Shown here: positions 1 through 9,471 of the stretch, one piece after another | Numbering within the stretch: position 1 is the first letter of the stretch | How the letters are laid out: every line of letters begins with the position of its first letter | DNA from: a candidate division WWE3 bacterium | Lineage (GTDB): Bacteria > Patescibacteriota > WWE3 > UBA101185 > UBA10185 | Reading direction: 5' to 3' | DNA length: 38,614 nt | Assembly: GCA_016182565.1 (NCBI GenBank) | Contig: JACPGI010000008.1 | Span: forward strand, 1 to 38,614 | Program-made: the position numbers and the translations under genes | The notes under the pieces: generated by a model | Seen by the model: the letters and a program-made list of their open reading frames with translations, nothing else | Database searches by the model: none | Told to the model about the DNA's origin: nothing

Positions 1-1382
1 ATCTTAGAAGCCACAAGCCCGTGTCCTGCCTCGTGGTAGGCAACCATCTTACGTTCGTCCTCAGTCTGAATAGTTTTTCGCTCAGATCCCATGGTTACCT
101 TTAAAGATGCCTCTTCGAGATCCGCCTCAAAGACTTGTTCTTTGTTTTCTCTTGCTGCCAAAATTGCAGCTTCATTTACCATGTTTTCAATATCGGCACC
201 ACTAAACCCTACCGTTCTTTTCGCAAGTTTTTCTACAGAAACATCATCTGCAATTGGTTTTCCTAACATATGAATTTTTATTATCTCCTCGCGGTCAGTA
301 AGATCTGGCATTGGAACTGTAATTTTTCTATCAAATCTTCCCGGACGTACAAGAGCGGGATCCAACATATCAGGACGATTTGTTGCAGCGATAACAATTA
401 CATTAATTCTTGTATCAAAGCCGTCCATCTCAATAAGTATCTGATTTAATGTTTGTTCTCTTTCATCGTGCCCACCACCTATACCCATCCCACGTTGTCT
501 GCCTATTGCGTCAATCTCATCAATAAATATTAAACTTGGCTGAGCTTCTTTGGCCTTTAGAAAAAGGTCTCTTGCTCTTGCTGAACCAACACCTACAAGC
601 ATTTCCATAAATTCACTGCCTGCAACAGAAAAAAATGGAACTCCGGCTTCACCCGCTATTGCTTTTGCAAGAAGAGTTTTACCCACTCCTGATGCTCCCA
701 CTAACAAAACTCCCTTTGGTATCCTTGCACCAAGCTTTCTGTACTTATCTGGATTTTTCAGAAAATCGACAATTTCTAAAAGTTCTCTTTTGGCTTCCCC
801 AGCACCTGCTACATCTTTGAAGGTTATAGAAACACTATCTTTGCTAAATATCCTGGCCCTTGATTGACCAAAAGAAGCAATGTCACCTCCCGCACCTCGC
901 ATTTGTCTGAAGATAAAAAATAGCAATAAAAGCGGAAAAGCAAAACTTAAGATTGGTGTAAGTATATCCAACCAAGAAACATCAGATGAAATTTTTACCT
1001 CGCCAGCAATTTTTGATCTATCGATTTTGTTATTTGTAAGAATTTCATCAAAACTTATACCTTCTTCTTTGGAAGACTTAAACTCAGTTCCATCCTTGAG
1101 TTGAATATCAATTTTACTTCCGGCAATTTTTATATTTTGGACGTTTCCGGCATCAATTTGCTTTAGCACCTCACTTATTGGCTTCATCTCTTGTGCTGCT
1201 TTTGGATTAACACTTCCTGAGATTGAACTTACTACCGAATAAATAATGATAACTAAAAAAACATAGAAAAAAATGTTATTCAAAAGATTTGGTGTTCTTA
1301 CCACCTTCTTATTATTAAGAGGGGTTTTTGCACTTCTTCTTTCAGATTTTTTCTCGTTAGAGTTTTTTGGCATATTCGTCAT
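1..1382 (-). CDS. ftsH: ATP-dependent zinc metalloprotease FtsH (3' end runs off the window)
   Basis: Not in the ORF track. My translation of the minus strand gives two TM segments, Walker A GASGVGKT, Walker B IFIDEID, the SRH ([21 protein letters not shown]) and the zinc motif HEAGH at about 21-35. Start is ATG 1382 or 1373. Confidence 0.97.
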   Translation of the reverse strand, partial: MTNMPKNSNEKKSERRSAKTPLNNKKVVRTPNLLNNIFFYVFLVIIIYSVVSSISGSVNPKAAQEMKPISEVLKQIDAGNVQNIKIAGSKIDIQLKDGTEFKSSKEEGISFDEILTNNKIDRSKIAGEVKISSDVSWLDILTPILSFAFPLLLLFFIFRQMRGAGGDIASFGQSRARIFSKDSVSITFKDVAGAGEAKRELLEIVDFLKNPDKYRKLGARIPKGVLLVGASGVGKTLLAKAIAGEAGVPFFSVAGSEFMEMLVGVGSARARDLFLKAKEAQPSLIFIDEIDAIGRQRGMGIGGGHDEREQTLNQILIEMDGFDTRINVIVIAATNRPDMLDPALVRPGRFDRKITVPMPDLTDREEIIKIHMLGKPIADDVSVEKLAKRTVGFSGADIENMVNEAAILAARENKEQVFEADLEEASLKVTMGSERKTIQTEDERKMVAYHEAGHGLVASK

Positions 1383-1402
1383 AGTCAATGGATTATACTA
1401 CA

Positions 1403-2389
1403 TCAAAATCCCATTTTTTGCTTAACTTCTAGTAGCGTTTGAGAGGCAACATTACCAGCTCTTTTGGCCCCATCATTAATCACATCATCCAAAATTTTTA
1501 CCATTTCAATTCTTTTTTTCTGAATTGGCTCCACAACTGAAAATATGGCCTTTGCTAGATCCATCTTTAACTCGCTGTATCTAATTCCACTAGAAAGATA
1601 CATATCTTCATATTTTTTGCGATCTTCACTGCCTTGAAAAAGCTCTACAAAAAATAAAAGATTTGCAACCGATCCCTTAATTGGTACGCTTTCGCCCCTT
1701 CCACTATCGGTTGGCACTTTTGCAAGTCTTAAAGCAATTGTATCTGGATCATCAGTTAAATTAATAAAACTTCCATCTACCGATTTACTCATCTTTCCAT
1801 CACCTAACAAGCTTGGGATATACTTTCCAACAGTTTCAAATATCTTTGGTTCAGGAAAATCCGTACCGAATTTAGTATTCATATTTCGTGCTATCTGTCT
1901 TGCTATCTCTAAGTGAGGTTCTTGATCAACACCTACAGGAACTGCCTCTGCTTTATAAGCCAAAATATCAGCAGCCATAAGAACCGGGTAGTTAAGAAGT
2001 GCCATGGAAGATTCGTCAGAGTATTGCTTAACTTTTTCTTTGTATGTAGGAAGGTGAAGCATCCTATTTACTGAAATTACGGAACCTAGGTAGTGAGAAA
2101 GCTCAAAATGAGCAGGGACCATCGACTGCACAAAAATCACACTTTTTGCAGGATCAAGGCCAGCTGATAAATAATCCAAAATTACCTCTTTTCTATTTTG
2201 AGCAAGAGTTTTTGTATCATATGGGGTTGTAATGGCGTGCGCATCCGCAACCATGTAAAAAGTCTCGTACTCAGACTTATCTTGCAGTTCAAGCATACCT
2301 TTTACTGCCCCAAGATAATTACCAAGATGTAATCTACCTGTTGCTCTAATGCCAGATAAAACTCTTTTTTTGCTTGATGGGGTAGTCAT
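1403..2389 (-). CDS. trpS: tryptophan--tRNA ligase
   Basis: SGIRATGRLHLGNY (HIGH-type), YPVLMAADIL, VPVGVDQ and KMSKS motifs. Start moved to ATG 2389 (MTTPSS...) because the track start lies against the tRNA. Confidence 0.96.
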   Translation of the reverse strand: MTTPSSKKRVLSGIRATGRLHLGNYLGAVKGMLELQDKSEYETFYMVADAHAITTPYDTKTLAQNRKEVILDYLSAGLDPAKSVIFVQSMVPAHFELSHYLGSVISVNRMLHLPTYKEKVKQYSDESSMALLNYPVLMAADILAYKAEAVPVGVDQEPHLEIARQIARNMNTKFGTDFPEPKIFETVGKYIPSLLGDGKMSKSVDGSFINLTDDPDTIALRLAKVPTDSGRGESVPIKGSVANLLFFVELFQGSEDRKKYEDMYLSSGIRYSELKMDLAKAIFSVVEPIQKKRIEMVKILDDVINDGAKRAGNVASQTLLEVKQKMGF

Positions 2390-2451
2390 ATCAATATCTA
2401 TTATATAGCTTTGGGGTCTTTGGACCAAGCATTCATTAAAATAAAACAAAT

Positions 2452-2528
2452 TGGTGCCGACACCAGGAATCGAACCTGGAACCTGTCGCTTATGAAACGA
2501 CCGCTCTTACCGATTGAGCTATGTCGGC
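2452..2528 (-). tRNA. tRNA-Met(CAT), probably elongator (Ile2/lysidine type not excluded)
   Basis: GCCGACA/TGTCGGC acceptor stem, anticodon arm GTCGT-TTCATAA-GCGAC, T loop TTCGATT, encoded CCA. Confidence 0.9.
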
Positions 2529-2622
2529 ATACAATTACCTAGTTTAGATGACAAAGCACAAAGATTATAACAAATGACCAAATTTTAAACGATAAATCTG
2601 ATATCTTCCAAAATGCCTACAG

Positions 2623-2641
2623 AAAAACCCCTTTCGGGGTT
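2623..2641 (-). terminator. intrinsic terminator after tRNA-fMet
   Basis: Minus strand AACCCC-GAAA-GGGGTT followed by TTT. Confidence 0.7.
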
Positions 2642-2667
2642 CCCATTGATAAACATATTAAAATCCT

Positions 2668-2741
2668 TGGTTGCGGGGTCCGGAGTTGCACCGGAATCTT
2701 CAGATTATGAGCCTGACGAGGTACTATTCCTCCACCCCGCG
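2668..2741 (-). tRNA. initiator tRNA-fMet(CAT), atypical
   Basis: CGCGGGG acceptor strand with C1xA72 mismatch, A11-U24 pair, loop CTCATAA, CCA end. Anticodon stem is TCAGG/TCTGA and T loop is TGCAACT. Confidence 0.93.
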
Positions 2742-2760
2742 CCGTGACGGAGGAATTTTA

Positions 2761-3135
2761 TCAGGGGTTGTCTATATTGTCAAAACCACGGGAAAAAACC
2801 TGAACCCATAGTTGTACATTGCTAAGAGCTTTTTTTGATTGCCCCAAGGCTGAATTTGTTCCCAGAATGTTTTCTACTACAAAGATCTCCTCTCCGATTT
2901 TGGCCATCCCAAGCTTATTTCTAGCCTCCTTTTCTACAAAATCATCAGTTTTTTTGTACTCAAGTTCAGACTTTAGCTCATTTTTCTTGCTCTCAAGGGA
3001 CGAAACTGTGTTTTTTAGCTCATCTAGCCTTTTGCTACTTTCTATTATGTTTAGGGTTGTACGAGTAAAATTAACCGCGGCTACGATAAATAGAAGGGTT
3101 AGCACTAAATGTTTTATATAGGCAGGAACATGCAT
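2761..3135 (-). CDS. septum formation initiator family protein (FtsB/DivIC-like)
   Basis: N-terminal TM, coiled coil, then EKEARNKLGMAKIGE. Start 3135 preferred (TATAAT 7 nt upstream); 3144 is the alternative. Confidence 0.85.
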   Translation of the reverse strand: MHVPAYIKHLVLTLLFIVAAVNFTRTTLNIIESSKRLDELKNTVSSLESKKNELKSELEYKKTDDFVEKEARNKLGMAKIGEEIFVVENILGTNSALGQSKKALSNVQLWVQVFSRGFDNIDNP

Positions 3136-3179
3136 TAAAGCCATTATAGTAAGGGAAAATGGGGGTGTCTATAATTAGG

Positions 3180-3208
3180 TTGACTTGAACATCTCAAAAT
3201 GCTATCTT
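3180..3208 (+). promoter_or_regulatory. sigma70-type promoter of the recombinase gene
   Basis: TTGACT-17 nt-TATCTT with an extended -10 (TGc). Confidence 0.55.
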
Positions 3209-3264
3209 AACCCATAGGAAAATTATATTTGGTACTTGTAAAGGATACCTAAAAAAGCACGAAA

Positions 3265-4146
3265 ATGACAAAACTTGAACAAGCCCATAAAAAATTCATA
3301 GATACACTAGAAACCCAGGAGAGATCCCCTTCTACTGTTGTTGCATACAAAAAGGATATTGAGCAACTTATCGAACACCTTTATAAGGCTGGTGTGAATC
3401 TTGTACAAGAGATAAAAACAATCCATTTGGAGGATTTTATGAAAAGCCTTGCAGAGAAAGAATACACCAACAAATCTATTTCAAGAAAAACAAACTCAAC
3501 AAAGACTTTTTTTAGGTTTCTGATTCTAGAGGGGTTAATTAGCGAAAATGTTGCCGATGCTTTAAAGCACCCCAAAGTAAAAATAAAAGCACCAAGAATA
3601 TTATCTAGATTAGAATATGGTGCCTTAAGAGATTCTGCAAGGGATGACGTCCGAACTTTTGCAATTGTAGAAGTTTTACTGCAAACAGGTATAAGAATTT
3701 CTGAACTTGCAAAAATTAAAATTGAACACCTTGAAATGGATCTTGAAAAGATGCTTGGAGCCTTACATATAGGACGAGTCGGAAGACACGACGCAAGGAC
3801 AATCCCTCTGAATAAAGCGGTAATAGAAGCAATAAATAAATATCTCCAAAATGAAAGGCCAAAACTGGACAAGGGAATACACCTTTTCATTACAAAAACT
3901 GGAAATCCACTCCTTGTAAGAAATATAAGAGCCACTCTAACAAGATATTTCGAGACAGCTGGTATTGAAAATGCTACCGTAAATGACCTAAGACATACAT
4001 TTGTTGCTCACCACCTAGCCCAAGGTACAAGCATTACAGTCATCTCAAAAATCGCAGGTCACAAAAGGTTGTCAACAACTGAAAGATATTTAGAGTTTAT
4101 TGAGAGAAAAACAGATGTTGAAAAATCTGAACTTGGTGTATTGTAA
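3265..4146 (+). CDS. XerC/XerD-like tyrosine recombinase
   Basis: SAM-like N-domain (STVVAYKKDI...KSISRK), TGIRISE (R), NDLRH (HxxR variant), AGH and TTERY (Tyr nucleophile). Confidence 0.9.
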   Translation: MTKLEQAHKKFIDTLETQERSPSTVVAYKKDIEQLIEHLYKAGVNLVQEIKTIHLEDFMKSLAEKEYTNKSISRKTNSTKTFFRFLILEGLISENVADALKHPKVKIKAPRILSRLEYGALRDSARDDVRTFAIVEVLLQTGIRISELAKIKIEHLEMDLEKMLGALHIGRVGRHDARTIPLNKAVIEAINKYLQNERPKLDKGIHLFITKTGNPLLVRNIRATLTRYFETAGIENATVNDLRHTFVAHHLAQGTSITVISKIAGHKRLSTTERYLEFIERKTDVEKSELGVL

Positions 4147-4184
4147 AGAACCTTCCCTTAAACTTAAACTAAGATAATAAATTT

Positions 4185-4260
4185 TGGTGGGTGCTCCAGG
4201 GATCGAACCTGGGACCATTCGTGTATAAGACGAACGCTCTACCAACTGAGCTAAGCACCC
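4185..4260 (-). tRNA. tRNA with anticodon TAT, nominally tRNA-Ile(UAU)
   Basis: GGGTGCT/AGCACCC acceptor stem, anticodon arm TTCGT-CTTATAC-ACGAA, T loop TTCGATC, encoded CCA, 76 nt. Confidence 0.92.
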
Positions 4261-4454
4261 AAACAAAGTTGTAAATAACGATAGTTCTTTCGGCAATCAG
4301 TCTTGTTGACTTATAGACCAATGCCACGCAAAGATTTTAGCATAGATTTTAGCATTTCTTACAATTTTCAAAATATTTCAAATATTAAGCTGATGCCCCT
4401 GAGATAACTCTAGATAACTCTAAACGGGTAGGATTTATGTGTCCGAACTTACTC

Positions 4455-4874
4455 TTATTTTACTTCATAAAAGTCGGAATAGTAGGCTCTTCCAGCACTA
4501 TCATAAGCTACAATCCTAAAGGTGTGATCTGCACCAGGAAGAAGCCCGGCAACTTGACCACTATGTGTCTTTTTAAAAGTATTTGTAATTGGTATAGAAT
4601 TCACATACGCAGAACTAGTGCCATACTCTATTGCTGTCCTAGCTGGAAACTTTGTTTCTACATTTACCTGCATTTCCGTATTCTTCGTTTGTGCATAAGT
4701 TATTTTAGTAAAAGGGCTACTAAATATTCCACCTACCAGATAGTATCCAAGTAAAACTCCAATAACCACGAAAACGAAAATAAAAAGACTCACTGTGTGA
4801 GTTTTTAATTTAACTATCTCAAGTGAAATCCATTCGGGAGAACCACTGTTAAATAAAGGGGGGTTATTCCTCAT
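4455..4874 (-). CDS. membrane-anchored protein with an FN3-like beta-sandwich
   Basis: One TM followed by IEYG...H...GLLPGADHTFRIVAYD, an FN3 / purple-acid-phosphatase N-terminal-like pattern. Start uncertain. Confidence 0.65.
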   Translation of the reverse strand: MRNNPPLFNSGSPEWISLEIVKLKTHTVSLFIFVFVVIGVLLGYYLVGGIFSSPFTKITYAQTKNTEMQVNVETKFPARTAIEYGTSSAYVNSIPITNTFKKTHSGQVAGLLPGADHTFRIVAYDSAGRAYYSDFYEVK

Positions 4875-5217
4875 CTTTAAATACTTTCATTTCTCGGCTT
4901 TTCTGCCAACTAGATGACTCATTCTTCGATCTATCTTTATTGTACTGTCTTTGGACATCAGTAACAGCACTAATTATAGCAGTTTCTAAATTGAATGCGG
5001 TGTTATTTGCAAAATATTTTTTGTTTTTTATCGTAACTTCAATCTTTGCATCAAAGGTATCATCAGCCTCACCCTTGTTTAATACAACTCGAACCGAAAT
5101 TAGATCTTCCGGAACTTCCTTTAACCTACTTGTTATCTTTGTAATCTTATCCTCTGCTAAAACTTTCATACTCGGGGTAACTTCAATATTATCTGAGGTT
5201 ATTTGGAGGTTTATCAT
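4864..5217 (-). CDS. hpf: ribosome hibernation promoting factor (HPF/RaiA family)
   Basis: MINLQITSDNIEVTPSMK...KITK...NLETAIISAVTDVQRQ matches the S30AE/HPF pattern. Confidence 0.85.
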   Translation of the reverse strand: MINLQITSDNIEVTPSMKVLAEDKITKITSRLKEVPEDLISVRVVLNKGEADDTFDAKIEVTIKNKKYFANNTAFNLETAIISAVTDVQRQYNKDRSKNESSSWQKSREMKVFKDEE

Positions 5218-5298
5218 ATTTTTATTTTAGCATGAATTCAAAAAGTACCATTCACAAAAACCAACTAGCTTAAGCATCATTGTGTTCCTATAAATAGT

Positions 5299-5556
5299 TT
5301 ATTTTATAGGGGGAAAAATTTGAACTCCATATTCATCATATAACAAAATTGCCTGAGTAGGACAGCTTTGGGCAGCCATAAACAAAGTGTTATCATCAAC
5401 GTTTAAAGCATCCGCCATAACTACAGCAATTCCACTACTATCTAACTCAAAGACATCTGGGGCAATAACAACACAAGTTGCCGCGCTTATACAATCTGGC
5501 CGAATTACCTCTATTCTATGCACTTTCCTTTTTGTTTTTGCGTCACCCATTTCCAT
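5299..5556 (-). CDS. single-cluster ferredoxin, probably [3Fe-4S]
   Basis: CISAATC-VVIAPDVF...AAQSCPTQAI; the second Cys of CxxCxxC is replaced by Ala. Start at 5556 or 5550. Confidence 0.88.
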   Translation of the reverse strand: MEMGDAKTKRKVHRIEVIRPDCISAATCVVIAPDVFELDSSGIAVVMADALNVDDNTLFMAAQSCPTQAILLYDEYGVQIFPPIK

Positions 5557-5574
5557 GAAAATTTCCCACAAAAC

Positions 5575-6195
5575 TTACTCACCAAATTGCACTACTTCAT
5601 TTATACGCTCAACCATTTCGTCAATTTCCTCGTCCAAGTAACCATGGATCTTAGCCCCCGTCTCAATAGAATCAAAGGTATTTGCGAAGCAACCTACACA
5701 GTGTAAGCCATAATCCAAAAGTACCTCCGCAATAGCAGGATATTTCATAACAGCTTGGGCTATGTTTGAATCTTTTGTGAGTGGAATAAACTTACTATTC
5801 AGATTTTTATCAAGCACAGGATTTAACGTCTCATATTTTTTAATAGCTTCTTGCAATGCATCCAAAACTAACAGAGCACATTTAACACGACTAGTAGTAA
5901 GTTCAACACCCAAAAGTTCAAGAACTTTTTCTTTATCTAAAAGCTTTGCCTCAATAAGAGTTTTCCCCTTTATATACTCTGTAACAAGTGATGATGAAGC
6001 GATGCTTACAGCGCAGGCATCCCCTTCAAAAGCTATATCTGTAATAACGCCATTTATGATTTTTAATTGCAAACTTATAGTGTCGCCACAAAACGGGTTT
6101 ATTTGATGCTCTGTTACATCAGCGCCCATTATTTGGCCCCTATTCTGAGGGTCTTTGTAATGCTCCATTAATTGTTCTCTATAAATACTATCCAT
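5575..6195 (-). CDS. sufU: SufU/IscU-type Fe-S scaffold fused to a C-terminal DUF1858-like domain
   Basis: YREQLMEHYKDPQN, NPFCGD, GDACAVS and RVKCA motifs. C-terminus YPAIAEVLLDYGLHCVGC...SIETGAKIHG. Confidence 0.88.
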   Translation of the reverse strand: MDSIYREQLMEHYKDPQNRGQIMGADVTEHQINPFCGDTISLQLKIINGVITDIAFEGDACAVSIASSSLVTEYIKGKTLIEAKLLDKEKVLELLGVELTTSRVKCALLVLDALQEAIKKYETLNPVLDKNLNSKFIPLTKDSNIAQAVMKYPAIAEVLLDYGLHCVGCFANTFDSIETGAKIHGYLDEEIDEMVERINEVVQFGE

Positions 6196-6200
6196 ATTAT

Positions 6201-7421
6201 TTAGCCTAGAATTTCTTTTGCTTTTTTGATTCCATCAATAAGTAAGTTGACATCTTTTTTATCATTGTAAATATAAAAACTTGCCCTTGTGGACGAAGAA
6301 ATGCAAAGTTTAACGTGGAGTGGCATCGTACAATGTTGGCCTGAGCGAACACATATCCCTAAGTCACTTAAAACCGAAGCTATGTCGTGTGAATGAATTC
6401 CTGCAATTACAAAAGAGACAAGACCACATCTTTTTTTTGCATCTAATGGTCCAAGTATAGAAAGCTTAGAAATTTTTGCTAACTCGGTGAGGGCATATGC
6501 TGTTAGTTCCTCCTCATGAGCTTGGATATTTGCCATACCAATTTCTTCAAGGTAAGAAATAGCGGCAGCTAACCCCACAGCCCCCTCTACATTTGGGGTA
6601 CCGGCTTCAAACCTTGAAGGTATATCGTCCCATGTAGATTCTTTGAAATCTACAGTTTTTATCATACCTCCGCCATATTCGTAAGGAAGCATTTTTTCAA
6701 GAAGTTCTTTTTTTGCCCACAAAACACCTATTCCCATAGGTCCAAGCATTTTATGTCCTGAAAAAGAATAAAAATCGCATCCAAGTGAGGAAACATCAAC
6801 TTGAAGATGTGGCACCGCCTGAGCCCCATCTACAGAAACCAAAATTCCCATTTTTCTTGCGAGTTTACAAATTTCTTTAACTGGAAAAATTGTCCCTAAA
6901 ACGTTTGACGTATGAGATAGAGCAATAAATTTTACTTTATCTGAAAGTAATCTCTTAACTATTTTTAAATCGATTTCGCCATTTGCATCAACTGGTAGTA
7001 CAACTAATTTTGCGCCTGTCTTCTCTGCAACTATCTGCCACGGCACAATGTTACTGTGGTGGTCTGCCTCCACAACTATTATTTCATCCCCTTTAGTTAC
7101 ATATTGGGCGAGAAAAGAAAAAGCAATTCTATTTAAAGACTCGGTAACCCCTTTTGTAAATATTATTTCTGAAGAATTTGTAGCGCCTATGAAGGTGGCA
7201 ACTTTTTCCCTAGCTGTTTTGTATAAATTAGTTGCCTCTTCGCTTAGAGTATATATTCCACGGTGGACATTGGAATTATAATTTTCGTAGTAGTTAGAAA
7301 TTGCCCCTATTACTTGTCTTGGTTTCTGATAAGTTGCCGCACTATCTAGATACACAATTTTGTTCTTACCAAATGTTCTATTTAAAATAGGGAAATCCTC
7401 TTTTATTTTATTTTCTATCAT
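6201..7421 (-). CDS. sufS: cysteine desulfurase SufS
   Basis: YLDSAAT, HHSNIVPWQ, DGAQAVPH, SGHKM (PLP Lys), FEAGTPN and RSGQHC (catalytic Cys). Confidence 0.96.
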   Translation of the reverse strand: MIENKIKEDFPILNRTFGKNKIVYLDSAATYQKPRQVIGAISNYYENYNSNVHRGIYTLSEEATNLYKTAREKVATFIGATNSSEIIFTKGVTESLNRIAFSFLAQYVTKGDEIIVVEADHHSNIVPWQIVAEKTGAKLVVLPVDANGEIDLKIVKRLLSDKVKFIALSHTSNVLGTIFPVKEICKLARKMGILVSVDGAQAVPHLQVDVSSLGCDFYSFSGHKMLGPMGIGVLWAKKELLEKMLPYEYGGGMIKTVDFKESTWDDIPSRFEAGTPNVEGAVGLAAAISYLEEIGMANIQAHEEELTAYALTELAKISKLSILGPLDAKKRCGLVSFVIAGIHSHDIASVLSDLGICVRSGQHCTMPLHVKLCISSSTRASFYIYNDKKDVNLLIDGIKKAKEILG

Positions 7422-7992
7422 AAATCTCCTTTCGCACCTGAGCTAATAAACTGGCCTCATCAATTCTAGCAAGAATAGAATCAAAAAATCCTTCAATTAA
7501 TAAATCCCAAGCTTCTTTTTCTGTTAAACCTCTTGTCATAAGATAATAAATTGAAGCTTCATCAAGTCTTCCTGTTGTTGCGCCATGGGAAGCCTTTACA
7601 TCGTCAGCAAGTATTTCAAGTATAGGTTGAGAGGTATTTTTAGTCTTTTCACCAATAGTCAAAACATTATCTTCAAGGTACGAGGAAGTCCCTTTTGCAT
7701 CTTTGGCAATATATATCTTTCCAATGTAGTTAGAACAAGAAGAATCAAAAAGAACAGCTCTTACTACAACATCGCATTTTGTATTAGGCACGCTATGAAT
7801 TGAGGTTGTTTGTAAAAAGACGCTTTCGTCATTTTTTAGCTTATATAGCACTAGAACCTCTACTAAAATACCTTCCTTTATAAGCTCTACGTCAAGACTT
7901 ACTTCACCATTTGGCACAAGAATTAACCTTGTATCTTTACTTATCCTCAAGCATTTTTTTCCATTAATTTTTTTCAAAAAAACATTTTCCAT
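7408..7992 (-). CDS. sufD: SufD (short form, C-terminal SufBD domain)
   Basis: PILEILADDVKASHGATTG...YYLMTRGL...LLIEGF; lies between sufB and sufS. Confidence 0.88.
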   Translation of the reverse strand: MENVFLKKINGKKCLRISKDTRLILVPNGEVSLDVELIKEGILVEVLVLYKLKNDESVFLQTTSIHSVPNTKCDVVVRAVLFDSSCSNYIGKIYIAKDAKGTSSYLEDNVLTIGEKTKNTSQPILEILADDVKASHGATTGRLDEASIYYLMTRGLTEKEAWDLLIEGFFDSILARIDEASLLAQVRKEIYDRK

Positions 7993-8016
7993 ATTTTACC
8001 CAGCTTTAATAAAAAC

Positions 8017-9471
8017 TTAACCAACACTTCCTTCCATCTCAAGCTCAATTAGCCTATTTAGTTCAACGGCATATTCTAAGGGAAGCTCTTTTACAATTGG
8101 TTCAATAAATCCGGATACTACCATACCCATAGCTTCTTCCTGAGTTAGACCCCTACTCATTAGATAAAATAATTTTTCTTCTCCAATTTTACTCACGGTT
8201 GCTTCGTGCTCAATTGTTGCTGTTGGATTGTCTATTTTCATCACGGGGTAAGTATCGGACCTTGAGATTGCATCCAATATTAAGGCATCACATTCAACTC
8301 TACTCTTTGCATTTTGAGCAGACTGTGTTACTGCTATCATTCCACGGTAACTACTACGACCACCGCGTAAACTTATAGATTTTGAAATTATTTTAGAAGT
8401 TGTATCTGGCGCGATGTGTATCATCTTAGCACCGGCATCTTGATGTTGTCCCTTGGAGGCATATGCAATGGATAAAACCTCACCATGTGCCCGAGGCCCT
8501 ACAAGGTAGCATGACGGATATTTCATGGTAAGTCTTGAGCCTAGGTTTCCGTCAACCCATTCCATAATGGCATCTTCTTCGACTCTTGCTCTTTTTGTTA
8601 CCAAATTGTAAACATCATTACTCCAGTTCTGAATTGTTGTATATCTAAATCGAGCGCTCTTTTTCACAATTACTTCAACAACGGCACTATGCAAAGAATC
8701 TGCAGAGTACACAGGAGCAGTACAACCCTCTACATAGTGGGCTTCACTTCCCTCATCAGCAATTATTAAGGTTCTTTCAAACTGACCCATATTAACAGCA
8801 TTTATTCGAAAATAAGCTTGGAGCGGTCTTTTGACTTTAACTCCTTTTGGAATATATACAAAGGATCCCCCTGACCATACAGCACTATTTAACGCTGAGA
8901 ATTTATTGTCGTGCATTGGAATAACTTTTCCAAAATACTCATCAAAAAAATGCGGGTATTTTTTAAGTGCCTCATCAGTACCCATAAAAATCACGCCTTC
9001 TTCTTTTAACTCGTTTAACAAAGACCCATACACAATTTCGGAGTCAAACTGGGCTTTAATACCTGCTAAATGCTGCCTTTCGGCTTGTGGAACACCAAGG
9101 CGCTCAAAGGTATTTTTAATATCATCTGGAACATCTTCCCAATTTTTACCTTCTTTATCTGTTGGCTTTAAATAATAATAAATTTTTTCGTAATCAATTT
9201 TGGAAAGATCGCCACCCCACAATGGATTTTCTTTCTTTTTAAAGACTTCGTACGCTTGAAGTCTATATTCAAGCATCCAACTAGGTTCTTTTTTCATTTG
9301 GGAAATTTGTTTTACAACCCTCTTGTCTAAACCAAGCTTAGTTTTAAAAACAGAGGATTCTTTGACACTGAAACCATATTTTTGTTTGTAATTGGAATTA
9401 ATATCAGCGGCAGCCGACCTTGCTTCTTTAGCTTTTTTTACATCAATTTCTTCAACCTGTTTTCTGCCCAT
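8017..9471 (-). CDS. sufB: Fe-S cluster assembly protein SufB
   Basis: LNSAVWSGGSFVYIPKGV, GQFERTLII, YVEGCTAP, LHSAVVE, CDAL, EHEA and LEMEGSVG. Confidence 0.98.
   Translation of the reverse strand: MGRKQVEEIDVKKAKEARSAAADINSNYKQKYGFSVKESSVFKTKLGLDKRVVKQISQMKKEPSWMLEYRLQAYEVFKKKENPLWGGDLSKIDYEKIYYYLKPTDKEGKNWEDVPDDIKNTFERLGVPQAERQHLAGIKAQFDSEIVYGSLLNELKEEGVIFMGTDEALKKYPHFFDEYFGKVIPMHDNKFSALNSAVWSGGSFVYIPKGVKVKRPLQAYFRINAVNMGQFERTLIIADEGSEAHYVEGCTAPVYSADSLHSAVVEVIVKKSARFRYTTIQNWSNDVYNLVTKRARVEEDAIMEWVDGNLGSRLTMKYPSCYLVGPRAHGEVLSIAYASKGQHQDAGAKMIHIAPDTTSKIISKSISLRGGRSSYRGMIAVTQSAQNAKSRVECDALILDAISRSDTYPVMKIDNPTATIEHEATVSKIGEEKLFYLMSRGLTQEEAMGMVVSGFIEPIVKELPLEYAVELNRLIELEMEGSVG

Noticed and set aside
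91-1104. Plus-strand ORFs 91, 550, 635 and 880
   Set aside because: Antisense shadows of ftsH. The same applies to most short track ORFs opposite called genes (e.g. 3381, 18967, 29590).
3265-4260. Prophage or island integrated at the tRNA
   Set aside because: The flanks are housekeeping genes, with no att repeat or phage genes in the window.
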